Assembly (NCBI GenBank): GCA_964016885.1
Contig: OZ024760.1
Coordinates: forward strand, 12,214,001-12,278,000
Length of the DNA stretch: 64,000 bases
Direction: 5' to 3'
Origin: Eledone cirrhosa
Taxonomy: Eukaryota
Position numbers and translations under genes: made by a program. Below the pieces are notes generated by a model, which was not told the DNA's origin, made no database searches, and worked only from the letters and a program-made list of their open reading frames with translations. Shown piece by piece: positions 11,447 to 25,485 of this stretch. Numbering within the stretch: the stretch's first letter is position 1; each line of letters begins with the position of its first letter.

Positions 11447-13820
11447 GGTATGTGTGGTCACAATACATTTAACAAGAGCTGGTGCGACTGGGTATGTGTG
11501 GTCACAATACGTTTAACAAGAGCTGGTGCGACTGGGTATGTGTGGTCACAATACATTTAACAAGAGCTGGTGCGACTGGGTATGTGTGGTCACAATACAT
11601 TTAACAAGAGCTGGTGCGACTGGGTATGTGTGGTCACAATACGTTTAACAAGAGCTGGTGCGACTGGGTATGTGTGGTCACAATACATTTAACAAGAGCT
11701 GGTGTGACTGGGTATGTGTGGTCACAATACATTTAACAAGAGCTGGTGCGACTGGGTATGTGTGGTCACAATACATTTAACAAGAGCTGGTGTGACTGGG
11801 TATGTGTGGTCACAATACATTTAACAAGAGCTGGTGCGACTGGGTATGTGTGGTCACAATACATTTAACAAGAGCTGGTGCGACTGGGTATGTGTGGTCA
11901 CAATACATTTAACAAGAGCTGGTGTGACTGGGTATGTGTGGTCACAATACATTTAACAAGAGCTGGTGTGACTGGGTATGTGTGGTCACAATACATTTAA
12001 CAAGAGCTGGTGTGACTGGGTATGTGTGGTCACAATACATTTAACAAGAGCTGGTGTGACTGGGTATGTGTGGTCACAATACATTTAACAAGAGCTGGTG
12101 TGACTGGGTATGTGTGGTCACAATACATTTAACAAGAGCTGGTGTGACTGGGTATGTGTGGTCACAATACATTTAACAAGAGCTGGTGTGACTGGGTATG
12201 TGTGGTCACAATACATTTAACAAGAGCTGGTGTGACTGGGTATGTGTGGTCACAATACATTTAACAAGAGCTGGTGCGACTGGGTATGTGTGGTCACAAT
12301 ACATTTAACAAGAGCTGGTGTGACTGGGTATGTGTGGTCACAATACATTTAACAAGAGCTGGTGTGACTGGGTATGTGTGGTCACAATACATTTAACAAG
12401 AGCTGGTGCGACTGGGTATGTGTGGTCACAATACATTTAACAAGAGCTGGTGCGACTGGGTATGTGTGGTCACAATACATTTAACAAGAGCTGGTGTGAC
12501 TGGGTATGTGTGGTCACAATACATTTAACAAGAGCTGGTGTGACTGGGTATGTGTGGTCACAATACATTTAACAAGAGCTGGTGTGACTGGGTATGTGTG
12601 GTCACAATACATTTAACAAGAGCTGGTGCGACTGGGTATGTGTGGTCACAATACATTTAACAAGAGCTGGTGTGACTGGGTATGTGTGGTCACAATACAT
12701 ATAACAAGAGCTGGTGCGACTGGGTATGTGTGGTCACAATACATTTAACAAGAGCTGGTGTGACTGGGTATGTGTGGTCACAATACATTTAACAAGAGCT
12801 GGTGTGACTGGGTATGTGTGGTCACAATACATTTAACAAGAGCTGGTGCGACTGGGTATGTGTGGTCACAATACATTTAACAAGAGCTGGTGCGACTGGG
12901 TATGTGTGGTCACAATACATTTAACAAGAGCTGGTGCGACTGGGTATGTGTGGTCACAATACATTTAACAAGAGCTGGTGCGACTGGGTATGTGTGGTCA
13001 CAATACATTTAACAAGAGCTGGTGTGACTGGGTATGTGTGGTCACAATACATTTAACAAGAGCTGGTGTGACTGGGTATGTGTGGTCACAATACATTTAA
13101 CAAGAGCTGGTGTGACTGGGTATGTGTGGTCACAATACATTTAACAAGAGCTGGTGCGACTGGGTATGTGTGGTCACAATACATTTAACAAGAGCTGGTG
13201 CGACTGGGTATGTGTGGTCACAATACATTTAACAAGAGCTGGTGCGACTGGGTATGTGTGGTCACAATACATTTAACAAGAGCTGGTGCGACTGGGTATG
13301 TGTGGTCACAATACATTTAACAAGAGCTGGTGCGACTGGGTATGTGTGGTCACAATACATTTAACAAGAGCTGGTGCGACTGGGTATGTGTGGTCACAAT
13401 ACATTTAACAAGAGCTGGTGCGACTGGGTATGTGTGGTCACAATACATTTAACAAGAGCTGGTGTGACTGGGTATGTGTGGTCACAATACATTTAACAAG
13501 AGCTGGTGCGACTGGGTATGTGTGGTCACAATACATTTAACAAGAGCTGGTGCGACTGGGTATGTGTGGTCACAATACATTTAACAAGAGCTGGTGTGAC
13601 TGGGTATGTGTGGTCACAATACATTTAACAAGAGCTGGTGTGACTGGGTATGTGTGGTCACAATACATTTAACAAGAGCTGGTGTGACTGGGTATGTGTG
13701 GTCACAATACGTTTAACAAGAGCTGGTGCGACTGGGTATGTGTGGTCACAATACATTTAACAAGAGCTGGTGTGACTGGGTATGTGTGGTCACAATACAT
13801 TTAACAAGAGCTGGTGCGAC
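11447..13820. repeat. 44-bp tandem satellite, ~54 copies
   Basis: Unit ggtatgtgtggtcacaatacatttaacaagagctggtg(c/t)gactg; no spacers. Confidence 0.97.
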
Positions 13821-14291
13821 ACACATGTCGCCCTTCAATGTTTTGGATCAGTTTATTAAGTTTATCTAGGTTTTAATAGCAGCAGATATTCCCCGAAAAA
13901 TATAAATAGATAGGATGGGAGAAGAAGGAGGAAGGGGAGTGGCTAGGGAGAATAAGGATGGAGAGATGGTGACAGGGGGAGAGAGAGAGAGGGGGGGGTA
14001 GAGGGAAAGATAGGGGAAGGGGAGATATAGAAGTGAAGGCATTTGGTGAGAGAGGAGAGAAGGAGAGGAAAAGATAGATAGATAGATAGAGAGATAGAGA
14101 GAGAGAAACGGCAAGTTGTTTTTGACAGACCAGCCGGAGTGAGGGGCTGGTCTGTCATAAATTTTTATCGTGCGTGTGTTTGTGTTTGTTATGCCCGAAA
14201 CGTCGTTCCACACCACCACTCTACTCTCAAGAGCGTGAAACTAATAAACCTTTGTTCCTACTGCCTCTCTTTTGTTCCCCTTCAATTTTTT

Positions 14292-14346
<55 letters not shown>

Positions 14347-14407
14347 CATATATATATACTTTTCTATACTTCTATACTTTTCATTTATATATATATACAT
14401 ATATATA

Positions 14408-14445
<38 letters not shown>

Positions 14446-14542
14446 GATTTTGAGTTTATGTTGGTTGTATACCAACACCTCAGTATGCAGGCTGGAGCAC
14501 TCAACGAAGTGCGCAGGTTGGTTTGGTTACTCCGGAGTAGTG

Positions 14543-14984
14543 TAAAATAAAGTTAAATAAAAGTCAAATGATTAAAATTTAGCTTCGTTTATTACTGCTA
14601 TATATATTTCAGTGACAGCCATCTTTGGCTGTGACCTCTTCGGGCAGTTTGAATTAGTATGGTATAGACAAGTACATATGTTGTTTAGGTGTATAATATT
14701 GTCAATACTCTGATATGCCCAGTTCCTTGTTGGGTTGTTAATTCACTGAGGAACTGGAGTCATATGATTCCAGTTCCTCAGTGAATTAACAACCCAACAA
14801 GGAACTGGGCATATCAGAGTATTGACAATATTATACACCTAAACAACATATGTACTTGTCTATACCATACTAATTCAAACTGCCCGAAGAGGTCACAGCC
14901 AAAGATGGCTGTCACTGAAATATATATAGCAGTAATAAACGAAGCTAAATTTTAATCATTTGACTTTTATTTAACTTTATTTTA
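14543..14984. repeat. Near-perfect 442-bp palindrome carrying mirrored hammerhead-like motifs (14879-14933 +, 14594-14648 -)
   Basis: Arms are reverse complements centred on catatg (14761-14766); motif actgc-CCGAAGA-ggtcacagcca/tggctgtcact-GAAA-tatata-TA-gcagt. Confidence 0.9.
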
Positions 14985-15155
14985 TATATATATATATATA
15001 TGTGTGTGTATGTATGTATATATATATATTATATTATATGTGTGTGTATGTATATATATATATGTGTGTGTATATATATGTGTGTGTGTATGTATATATA
15101 TATGTGTGTGTGTATATATAAATATATATGTATGTGTGTGTGTATGTATATATAA

Positions 15156-15187
<32 letters not shown>

Positions 15188-15379
15188 ATATATAAATATA
15201 TATATATATGTGTGTGTGTATATATAAATATATATATATATATGTGCGTGTGTGTATGTATATATAAATATGTGTGTGTGTGTGTATATATATATAAATA
15301 TGTGTGTGTGTGTATATATATGTGTGTGTGTGTGTATATATAAATATATATATATATATGTGTGTGTGTGTATATATAA

Positions 15380-15413
<34 letters not shown>

Positions 15414-15520
15414 ATGTATATATAAATATATATATATATGTGTGTGTATGTATATATAAATATATATATATATATGTGTGTGTGTGTATGTATATATATA
15501 TATATGTGTGTGTGTGTATG

Positions 15521-15577
<57 letters not shown>

Positions 15578-15602
15578 ATGTATATATAAATATATATATA
15601 TA

Positions 15603-15683
<81 letters not shown>

Positions 15684-15762
15684 ATATATAAATATATATA
15701 TATATATATGTGTGTGTGTATGTATATATAAATATATATATATATATGTGTGTGTGTGTATG

Positions 15763-15839
<77 letters not shown>

Positions 15840-15916
15840 ATGTATATATAAATATATATATATATATGTGTGTGTGTGTGTATATATAAATATATATATA
15901 TATGTGTGTGTGTGTG

Positions 15917-15963
<47 letters not shown>

Positions 15964-15966
15964 ATG

Positions 15967-16030
<64 letters not shown>

Positions 16031-16044
16031 ACTGTCTATATTGT

Positions 16045-16108
16045 ATTTTGTCTGAAGAAGGCATAACATATTTTTAATATGATATCCCTGAAATATATAT
16101 AATGAAAT
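16045..16108 (+). ncRNA. Hammerhead motif (family A)
   Basis: attttgt-CTGAAGA-aggcata.../...tatccct-GAAA-tatata-TA-atgaaat. Confidence 0.65.
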
Positions 16109-16631
16109 AAATATGGTTTTATAAATATAATTTCCATTTATTTAATATCGTAAATATACTCCAAATACTTGTTGAGTGCTTTTATATCAGTTATAAATAT
16201 TTACTCGTTGTAACCCAACAATTTAAATATAACTTTCCATGTATATATATATATATATATATCATCATCATCATCATCATCAACGTTTAACGCCCATGTT
16301 CCACGCTTGCATGGGTTTGGACGGGGGTTTTCCCACTTGAGGCAAGAGTGATTGTCTTGCTCGTATAGGACTATCTGGCGGGTTTTCTACAGCTGGATGC
16401 CCTTCCGAACACCTACGACATTTACAGTGTGGAACTGGGAGGTTTTTACCGTGTTACCTACACGGCCACATTACAGCGTGGACTGTGTGTTTTTTTTGTC
16501 GTGACACCTACACGATCTCTTTTGTTTCGGGCTGGATGTTGTGGGACCAACATAACTTTACATTGAAAGGGGTGGTGTGGATGGGGTGGGGGTAGTGGGA
16601 CGGGGTGTATTTTGTTAGTATTTTGTGTGTA

Positions 16632-16670
<39 letters not shown>

Positions 16671-16711
16671 GTGTGTGTGTGTATGTATATATAAATATAT
16701 ATATATATATA

Positions 16712-16758
<47 letters not shown>

Positions 16759-16810
16759 ATGTATATATAAATATATATATATATATGTGTGTGTGTGTAT
16801 GTATATTTAA

Positions 16811-16850
<40 letters not shown>

Positions 16851-16853
16851 ATG

Positions 16854-16884
<31 letters not shown>

Positions 16885-17307
16885 ATGTATATATAAATAT
16901 ATATATATATATGTGTGTGTGTGTGTATGTATATTTAAATATATATATATATATGTGTGTGTGTGTATATATAAATATATATATATATATGTGCGTGTGT
17001 GTGTATATATAAATATATATATATATATGTGTGTGTGTGTGTATATATAAATATATATATATATGTGTGTGTGTGTGTGTATGTATATATAAATATATAT
17101 ATATATGTGTGTGTATGTATATATAAATATATATATATATGTGTGTGTGTGTATGTATATATATATATATGTGTGTGTGTGTATGTATATATAAATAAAT
17201 ATATATATATATATATATATATGTGTGTATGTATATATAAATATATATATATATGTGTGTGTGTGTGTATATATATATAAATATATATATATATGTGTGT
17301 GTGTGTG

Positions 17308-17338
<31 letters not shown>

Positions 17339-17413
17339 ATATATAAATATATATATATATATGTGTGTGTGTATGTATATATAAATATATATATATATGT
17401 GTGTGTGTGTATG

Positions 17414-17464
<51 letters not shown>

Positions 17465-17533
17465 ATGTATATATAAATATATATATATATATGTGTGTGT
17501 GTGTGTATATATAAATATATATATATATGTGTG

Positions 17534-17582
<49 letters not shown>

Positions 17583-17585
17583 ATG

Positions 17586-17663
<78 letters not shown>

Positions 17664-17677
17664 ACTGTCTATATTGT

Positions 17678-17741
17678 ATTTTGTCTGAAGAAGGCATAAC
17701 ATATTTTTAATATGATATCCCTGAAATATATATAATGAAAT
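17678..17741 (+). ncRNA. Hammerhead motif (family A), duplicate of 16045-16108
   Basis: Same sequence at +1633 nt. Confidence 0.65.
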
Positions 17742-18260
17742 AAATATGGTTTTATAAATATAATTTCCATTTATTTAATATCGTAAATATACTCCAAATA
17801 CTTGTTGAGTGCTTTTATATCAGTTATAAATATTTACTCGTTGTAACCCAACAATTTAAATATAACTTTCCATGTATATATATATATATATATATGTGTG
17901 TGTCATCATCAACGTTTAACGCCCATGTTCCACGCTTGCATGGGTTTGGACGGGGGTTTTCCCACTTGAGGCAAGAGTGATTGTCTTGCTCGTATAGGAC
18001 TATCTGGCGGGTTTTCTACAGCTGGATGCCCTTCCGAACACCTACGACATTTACAGTGTGGAACTGGGAGGTTTTTACCGTGTTACCTACACGGCCACAT
18101 TACAGCGTGGACTGTGTGTTTTTTTTGTCGTGACACCTACACGATCTCTTTTGTTTCGGGCTGGATGTTGTGGCACCAACATAACTTTACATTGAAAGGG
18201 GTGGTGTGGATGGGGTGGGGATAGTGGGACGGGGTGTATTTTGTTAGTATTTTGTGTGTA

Positions 18261-18295
<35 letters not shown>

Positions 18296-18338
18296 GTGTG
18301 TGTGTGTATGTATATATAAATATATATATATATATATA

Positions 18339-18381
<43 letters not shown>

Positions 18382-18393
18382 ATGTATATTTAA

Positions 18394-18433
<40 letters not shown>

Positions 18434-18436
18434 ATG

Positions 18437-18467
<31 letters not shown>

Positions 18468-18597
18468 ATGTATATATAAATATATATATATATATGTGTG
18501 TGTGTGTATGTATATTTAAATATATATATATATATGTGTGTGTGTGTATGTATATATAAATATATATATATGTGTGTGTGTGTGTATGTATATATAA

Positions 18598-18633
<36 letters not shown>

Positions 18634-18801
18634 ATGTATATATAAATATATATATATATATGTGTGTGTGTGTATGTATATATAAATATATATATATGTG
18701 TGTGTGTGTGTGTATGTATATATAAATATATATATATATATGTGTGTGTGTATGTATATATAAATATATATATATATATATATGTGTGTGTGTATATATA
18801 A

Positions 18802-18835
<34 letters not shown>

Positions 18836-18872
18836 ATGCATATATAAATATATATATATATATGTGTGTATG

Positions 18873-18917
<45 letters not shown>

Positions 18918-19056
18918 ATATATATATATGTGTGTGTGTGTGTATGTATATATATATATATGTGTGTATGTATATATAAATATATATATATATATGTGTG
19001 TATGTATGTATATATATATATGTGTGTGTGTGTGTATATATATATATGTGTGTATG

Positions 19057-19091
<35 letters not shown>

Positions 19092-19298
19092 ATATATATA
19101 TATGTGTGTGTATGTATATATATATATATATATATATGTGTGTGAGTGGATAGACAATATCGGTAGAACATCGGACAGCATTCTTTGCAAGCATAGAGTT
19201 ACGGCCCTTTGCGTTGTGAGTTCAGGTTAGATTTACCTTTCATCCTTTATAGGGTCGTACCAGTAACATACTGAGGTCGATTTCATCAGCTTCCCCTA

Positions 19299-19857
19299 AA
19301 GAGAGAGAGAGAGAGAGATAGATATATAGAGAGAGAGTGAGAGATAGAGAGAGATAGTGAGAGAGAGAGATAGAGAGAGAGTGAGATAGATAGAGAGAGA
19401 TAGAGAGAGAGTGAGAGATAGTGAGAGAGTGAGAGATAGAGAGAGTGAGAGATAGAGAGAGAGTGAGAGTGAGATAGATAGAGAGATAGTGAGAGAGAGA
19501 GAGAGTAAGAGTGAGAAATAGAGAGAGAGTGAGAGATAGATAGATAGAGTGAGTGAGAGATAGATAGTGAGTGAGTGAGAGATAGATAGAGTGAGTGAGT
19601 GAGAGAGAGTGAGTGAGAGATAGAGAGTGAGTGAGAGATAGATAGAGTGAGTGAGAGATAGATAGAGTGAGTGAGAGAGAGTGAGTGAGAGATAGATAGA
19701 TAGAGTGAGTGAGAGATAGATAGATAGATAGAGTGAGTGAGAGATAGATAGATAGAGTGAGTGAGAGATAGATAGATAGATAGAGTGAGTGAGAGATAGA
19801 GTGAGTGAGAGATAGAGAGAGAGAAAGAGAGAGATAGATAGAGAGAGTAAGAGAGAG
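19299..19857. repeat. Complex (GA)n/(GATA)n/(GAGT)n microsatellite
   Basis: Direct inspection. Confidence 0.95.
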
Positions 19858-20481
19858 CCGGTTTCTAGAAACGAAGCCTTTTCATTATCAATTACTCTCG
19901 GGTCCCAAATAATAGGGGTTTGGTGAGGAATAAACAGGGCGGTGATTGGAAAATTGTTAATTTGGTATTATTATAGAACACTCGATTTCAGCGGGAAAAA
20001 CATTTTTTCTTGGGTTTTTACGTGTGCTGTCAACTAAACTAACCCCCAAGATCCTGGCAATCAAGTTTTTTTCCCGGATCAGGGTTAGGGCTAGGTTTAG
20101 GGTTAGTGTTCCCTCCAGAGTTACAGCTCCATATATATAAGTATAGGTCTACATGTTAAAGTTATCTTCAGTAAAAACCAGCACATACTCAATATATATA
20201 CGACCAGATTCACTAGGGTGAATAGGATACTAACTAGGAACAATAGTTAGTATCCTATTCCCTGCCGAGACACTGCATCCTTTAAGACACTCATGCTTCC
20301 CGAAATACGCCAAAACTACACCTGATGTACCCCTTCCATACACATGCACACATGTGTGTATCATGACTCGTGCACTGTTCATTTTCCTGATGTTTGTGCA
20401 TTGCCTTATGTACTGTACATGCACCTTTGATGAGTTGTGGTGCACCTGGGCACTGTACACAATATTTCATTATTATTATTT

Positions 20482-20682
20482 AGGCCGGTGGATTGGCAGT
20501 ATCGGTCGAGGGTCGGACGCCATGCTTTCCAGCATAGTTACGTCACTTTACGATCTGAGTTCAAATCCCGCCGAGGTTGACTTTGCCTTTCATCCTTACG
20601 GGGTCGATAAAATAAAGTACCAGTAATGTACTGGGTAATTGCTGGCCTTGTGCCAAAAGTAGAAACAATTATTATTATTATT
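20482..20682 (+). mobile_element. tRNA-derived SINE family A, near full length
   Basis: Box A-like tggcagtatcgg, box B-like gagttcaaatccc, (ATT)n tail. Confidence 0.85.
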
Positions 20683-21117
20683 ATATCATGACTCATACAC
20701 TGTTCATACTCCTGACATTTGTACATTATCCTATGTACTATACATGCACCTTTGATGAGTTGTAGTGCACCTGAGTACTGTACACAATAATTTCATTATT
20801 ATTAATACGGTTTGCCAGACTCAATTTAAAAGAATAAATTAAGAAAAAGTACAAACTGAAATTGTGACAACCATCAATTGTACATCCAGACAGCTTTTGG
20901 TAAAACTGTTTCGCAAGTGAAGGGAATTACCAATTCTATTGCTCGTCAGTGGATGTCGAATTAGTAAAACCTTTCACTTCTAGGTTTCTTAGAAGACTAA
21001 ATGAGGTGCATGTTTAAAATAACGCACATGGCATTCAGTGGAGAGCGTGGGAGAATAAGTGTGGTAAACTCTGTGGAGCATCGGAAAAACACTTTGTGGT
21101 ATTTGTTTCAGTTCTTT

Positions 21118-21415
21118 CATTTTTTTTTCATTTCATTTTACGTCCGCTTTTTCCCTGCTGGATGCCCTTCCTAACACAAACCTCATTTACAGTGAGTGCT
21201 GGGTGCTTTTTTGCCATGGCACCTCCACGACCACTTTGCAGTGGAATGATAGGGACCCCAGTCCCTATCATCTCATTTCTACAGCTGAGTAAACTGGAGC
21301 AATGTGAAATAAAGTGTCTTGCTCAAGGAAACAACACATCACCCGGTCTGAGGATTGAACTCACAACCTTTCGATTGCAAGGCCAATGCTCTAACCACTA
21401 AGCCATCTGCCTCCA
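21118..21415 (-). mobile_element. tRNA-derived SINE family B (RTE tail)
   Basis: Head tggcttagtggttagagca...gagttcaatcc; near-identical to the copies at 31968, 38296, 39923 and 55953. Confidence 0.88.
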
Positions 21416-21977
21416 TTCTTTATAAAATAATGTTTCTACTTTTGGCACAAGGCCAGCAATTACCCCAGTATATTACTGGTACTTTATTTTATCGACCCCC
21501 GTAAGGATGAAAGGCAGAGTTAACCTTGGCGGGATTTGAACTCAGATCATATCCCGCCGAGGTTGACTTTGCCAATGATGAAATTATTGTGTACAGTTCT
21601 CAGGTGCACTACAACTCATCATATTCAAAGTTGAAATCTCACCAAGGGCAACTCAGCTTCTCATCCCCATAGCAATGATAAAATAACATACCAGCCATGA
21701 ACTGGGGTATTTAATATAGATTACTTCCCCCACGCTCACAAAATTGTTGGCCTTGCGCCAGAGTTGGAAATCATTAATTATGTTAAAATCAATTGTCCTT
21801 GTGTGGTATGAATGTTTGTTTAAATACATACACACACACACGCATATATACATACATACACATATATATATATATATACACATATATATATATACATACA
21901 TACACATATATATATATATATATACACATATATATATATATACATACATACACATATATATATATATACATACACAC

Positions 21978-22010
<33 letters not shown>

Positions 22011-22163
22011 CATACACATATATATATATATACTTACATATATATATATACATATACATATATATATATATATATACATACACACATATATATACATACA
22101 TATATATATATATATACATACACACATATATATACATACATACACATATATATATATATACAT

Positions 22164-22206
<43 letters not shown>

Positions 22207-22269
22207 TATACATACATACATACACACATATATATACATACAGACACGTACACTGACTGACATGCAATT

Positions 22270-22615
22270 ATCACCACCACCACCACCACCATCATCACAA
22301 CCACCACCGCCTCCATCATCACAACCACTACCACCACCACCACCACCACCACCATTATCATCATCACAACCACCACAATCATCATTACAACCACCACCAT
22401 CACCATCATCACAACCACCACCACCATCATCACAACCACCACCATCATCAAAACCACCACAACCACCATCATCACAACCACCACCATCATCACAACCACC
22501 ACCACCACAACCACTATCACCATCATCACCACCACCACCACCACAACAACCACCACCATCATCACAACCATCACCACCACCATAACCACCACCACCCCCA
22601 TCATCATCAGTAGCA
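22270..22615. repeat. (ACC)/(ATC) trinucleotide low-complexity repeat
   Basis: Direct inspection. Confidence 0.9.
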
Positions 22616-23509
22616 ATGGCTGTGACATCATCAACAGCAGCATCATTATCAAGAGTATTGGCAGCTCTGATTAATGTTTACCTGAAGCTCAGGTAACCAA
22701 CCAACCAACCATCAACCTAACCAGCCAACTAGTCAGTGATGTGGGGGTGGTGAGGATGAGGAGAAGGTATAGGATGAAAGGACAGTGTGTTTAGTAACAG
22801 CCAGAGACAATAGCCGGACTGGACATTTCAAATATCTTCTTGTCTTTCTCTGGCTTTAACATACAGTCTCTCTCTTGTTACCCTTCACACTATCTCTCCT
22901 TCACATTATCTATCTATCTAGCTATATATATATATATATCTTCTTCTCACCTATCTATCACACACTCTGCCATGGTATCTACTACAGCTGACACCCAGAG
23001 GTAAGTTTCAAAACTATTCCCTCTTCAAATTGACCCTTATTTTATCATTACTATCTATAATTTTATCATACTCCTCCGCCCTACAAAAAAAAGAAAAAGG
23101 TGACAGAGAGGATGAACTCTAGACTCTCAGTTGGACAATGGACAGCTAGGCTGGACACTAGATAGTACACCTTGGACGTCTCATCTCGGACACTGGACAC
23201 CTGGTCTTAGTCACTGGACGGCAGACAAGATGGTGCAAGTGTTCCCATAAAGAGGAGTCAGTTATATTTGATACAGCTCTATCAACCACAACACACCTCA
23301 TCGGCCTCCTTTGTTCCTCAGATGAGACACTCTTATTTATCCTCTGTGTAATGGTGTAGTGATACTTGGCTTTATGGACAGTGTGGTGTGGTGTGTTGTA
23401 GTGTGGTGTGGTGTGGTGTGGTGTGGTGTGGTATTGTGTGGTCAATGTAGTGTGGTGTGGTGTGGTGTGGTATTATGTGGTGTGGCATGCCAACAACCAA
23501 TACATAACT

Positions 23510-23775
23510 CTCGTGCCCTTGGCAGTGGAGACTTCTGGTGTCCTTGGCACTAGGGCTACCTCCCTATTCACCACCATAGGTGCTGAGCTAGCCAGCCGCA
23601 GGTGTGAGCTTCGTGAGTTGGAATGGCTCTTCCAGCGCATCTCCGTTACCATCGTCCGGGGAAACGCCTTCTCCATCCTGTCCGCTGGGGCAGTGGGGAG
23701 GCCAGCACATGGGACCCCATTTGCTCACCATACGGATTAATAAGCAAAGTTATAAACTATTGTAAATAAAAGTTT
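23510..23775 (+). mobile_element. CRE-like retrotransposon 3' fragment (same family as 11075-11400)
   Basis: PLAVETSGVLG...LEWLFQRISVTIVRGNAFSIL, followed by aataaaa. Confidence 0.75.
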
Positions 23776-23801
23776 TTGAATCCCTCTCCACCTTCATAGA
23801 C

Positions 23802-23985
23802 CAGTGCTTCCCAAAGTGGGTCTGCGGAATCCCAGGTCTCCATAAAAGACTGTCTAGGGTCCCGTGAAAAAAGGTAGAGGAATATATTTATATTATGACC
23901 ATATAGCAGTATTAGACTTTGGGGTTCCCCCAAAAGTTTTTCAACCAAAAAGAGTTCCATGTTTGAAAAAGTTTGGTAAACCCTG
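23802..23985. mobile_element. hAT-Charlie-like MITE
   Basis: cagtgcttcccaaa ... tttggtaaaccctg termini. Confidence 0.55.
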
Positions 23986-24114
23986 CCCTAAACAAACACT
24001 CACAAGAAGTTTACAAAAAAGAATTGCATGTTTATTTGAGAAATATATTAATTTTCTATATTCCCCCTAACACCTTTTGTTGGAGGTAATGTTAGATGTC
24101 GGTTAGGATAATTT

Positions 24115-24470
24115 CTAATTATATAGTGTCTAATTAAACACCATCTAATTATATATCGTCTAATTAGACACCATCTAATTATATATTGTCTAATTAGACA
24201 CCATCTAATTATATATTGTATAATTAGACACTATCTAATTATATACTATCTAATTATAACTAATTAGACACTGTCTAATTATATATCGTCTAATTATACG
24301 CAGTATAATTATATACTGTAATTATACAGTCTAATTATAAATATCGTCTAATTATGCTCTTGCTTGATGAGACTGAGGGTTATCCTAGGTTGGTGATCCC
24401 AGAGCCATGTATAATTGGTCTAATGATACACCGTCTAATTATATATATCTAATTATAAACTGTCTAATTA
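24115..24470. repeat. Degenerate ~30-bp tandem repeat (ctaattatatatcgtctaattagacaccat)
   Basis: Direct inspection. Confidence 0.8.
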
Positions 24471-25062
24471 TATATAGTTAAGATGGTGGATTGGCAGAAT
24501 TGGTGGAGCGTCTGATAAAACGCCATTGGAGTAAATTATTCTAGCTCTTAACATTCTGTGTTCAAATCCTGCTGAGGTCAACTTTGCCTTTCATTGATAA
24601 AATAAAGTACCGGTAATATACTGAGGTTGATTTAATCAACTTTGTCTTCCCCACAAATTAGAAATTCATTATATACTGTTTGATAGACAGACTGATAGAC
24701 TGATAGATAGACTGACAGATAGATAGACAGACAGACAGACAGATAGACTGACTGATAGATAGACAGACTGACTGATAGATAGACTGATAGACAGACAGAC
24801 AGACTGACTGATAGACAGATAGACAGATAAACAGACAGATAGATATATTTCTTTATTAGCCACAGGGGCACAAAAGAAGGGGACAAATACAAAGGGGGAA
24901 GTTTACATACAATAAAAAACGTGTAAAATGTGAAACAGACAGATAGATAGACAGACAGATAGATAGACAGACAGATAGATAGACAGATAGATAGACAGAT
25001 AGATATAGACAGATAGACTGACAGAGATAGACAGATATAGATAGATAGACTGACAGACAGAT

Positions 25063-25485
25063 ATATTTCTTTATTAGCCACAGGGGCACAAAAGAAGGGG
25101 ACAAATACAAAGGGGGAAGTTTACATACAATAAAAACGTGTAAAATGTTATCACAGATGGAATTTAAAAGTTAGTCGATTTTCCCCAATAGAGGGAGACA
25201 GTTTATATGGGTAACACATACCCCCGAAAAAAAATGTGCAACCCTCATCTCCAGGAGTACGAAGAGCTTGTACTCCTTTCCTCTCCTCTGCCTTTTCCTC
25301 AACCTACAGGCTGATATAGAGAGAAGGCCCATTCACTCGGGCCATTCTCGCCACTTTCACCCACCTTTCATAAAACTTGCTGGGGTACAGCACCTCTCTC
25401 TCCATCCTGATTCTTCTTACAAAGTGGTATTTGAAAAAAAGAATCAGTTGTTGGCCGGAGAGAAAGGTGTCTGACCTCAGCCCTT
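25063..25485 (-). mobile_element. Tx1/L1-like LINE 3' fragment within (GATA)/(GACA) repeats
   Basis: Homologous to 36760-37310; tail tgtggctaataaagaaat; tail duplicated at 24842-24935. Confidence 0.6.

Larger units (their letters stand above)
14985..19143. repeat. Compound (TA)n(TG)n microsatellite block containing a ~1.63-kb tandem duplication
   Basis: 16028-16625 is nearly identical to 17661-18255. Confidence 0.9.

Noticed and set aside
11447-13820. CRISPR array
   Set aside because: Units are contiguous with no unique spacers, there are no cas genes, and the context is eukaryotic
14982-19230. Long YI/HT/CV-rich ORFs (also 3071-3458, 21653-22267, 32817-33816, 56517-57367)
   Set aside because: Translations of (TA)n/(TG)n microsatellites
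20080-20107. Telomeric TTAGGG tract
   Set aside because: Only a few degenerate units
22262-22652. Proline-rich or Val/Met-rich protein (also the Thr-rich ORF 62699-63043)
   Set aside because: Trinucleotide-based repeats with no splice or domain support
22790-23006. WDR86 5' UTR exon ending at gag|gtaagt (23000)
   Set aside because: Good donor but no other support without transcript data
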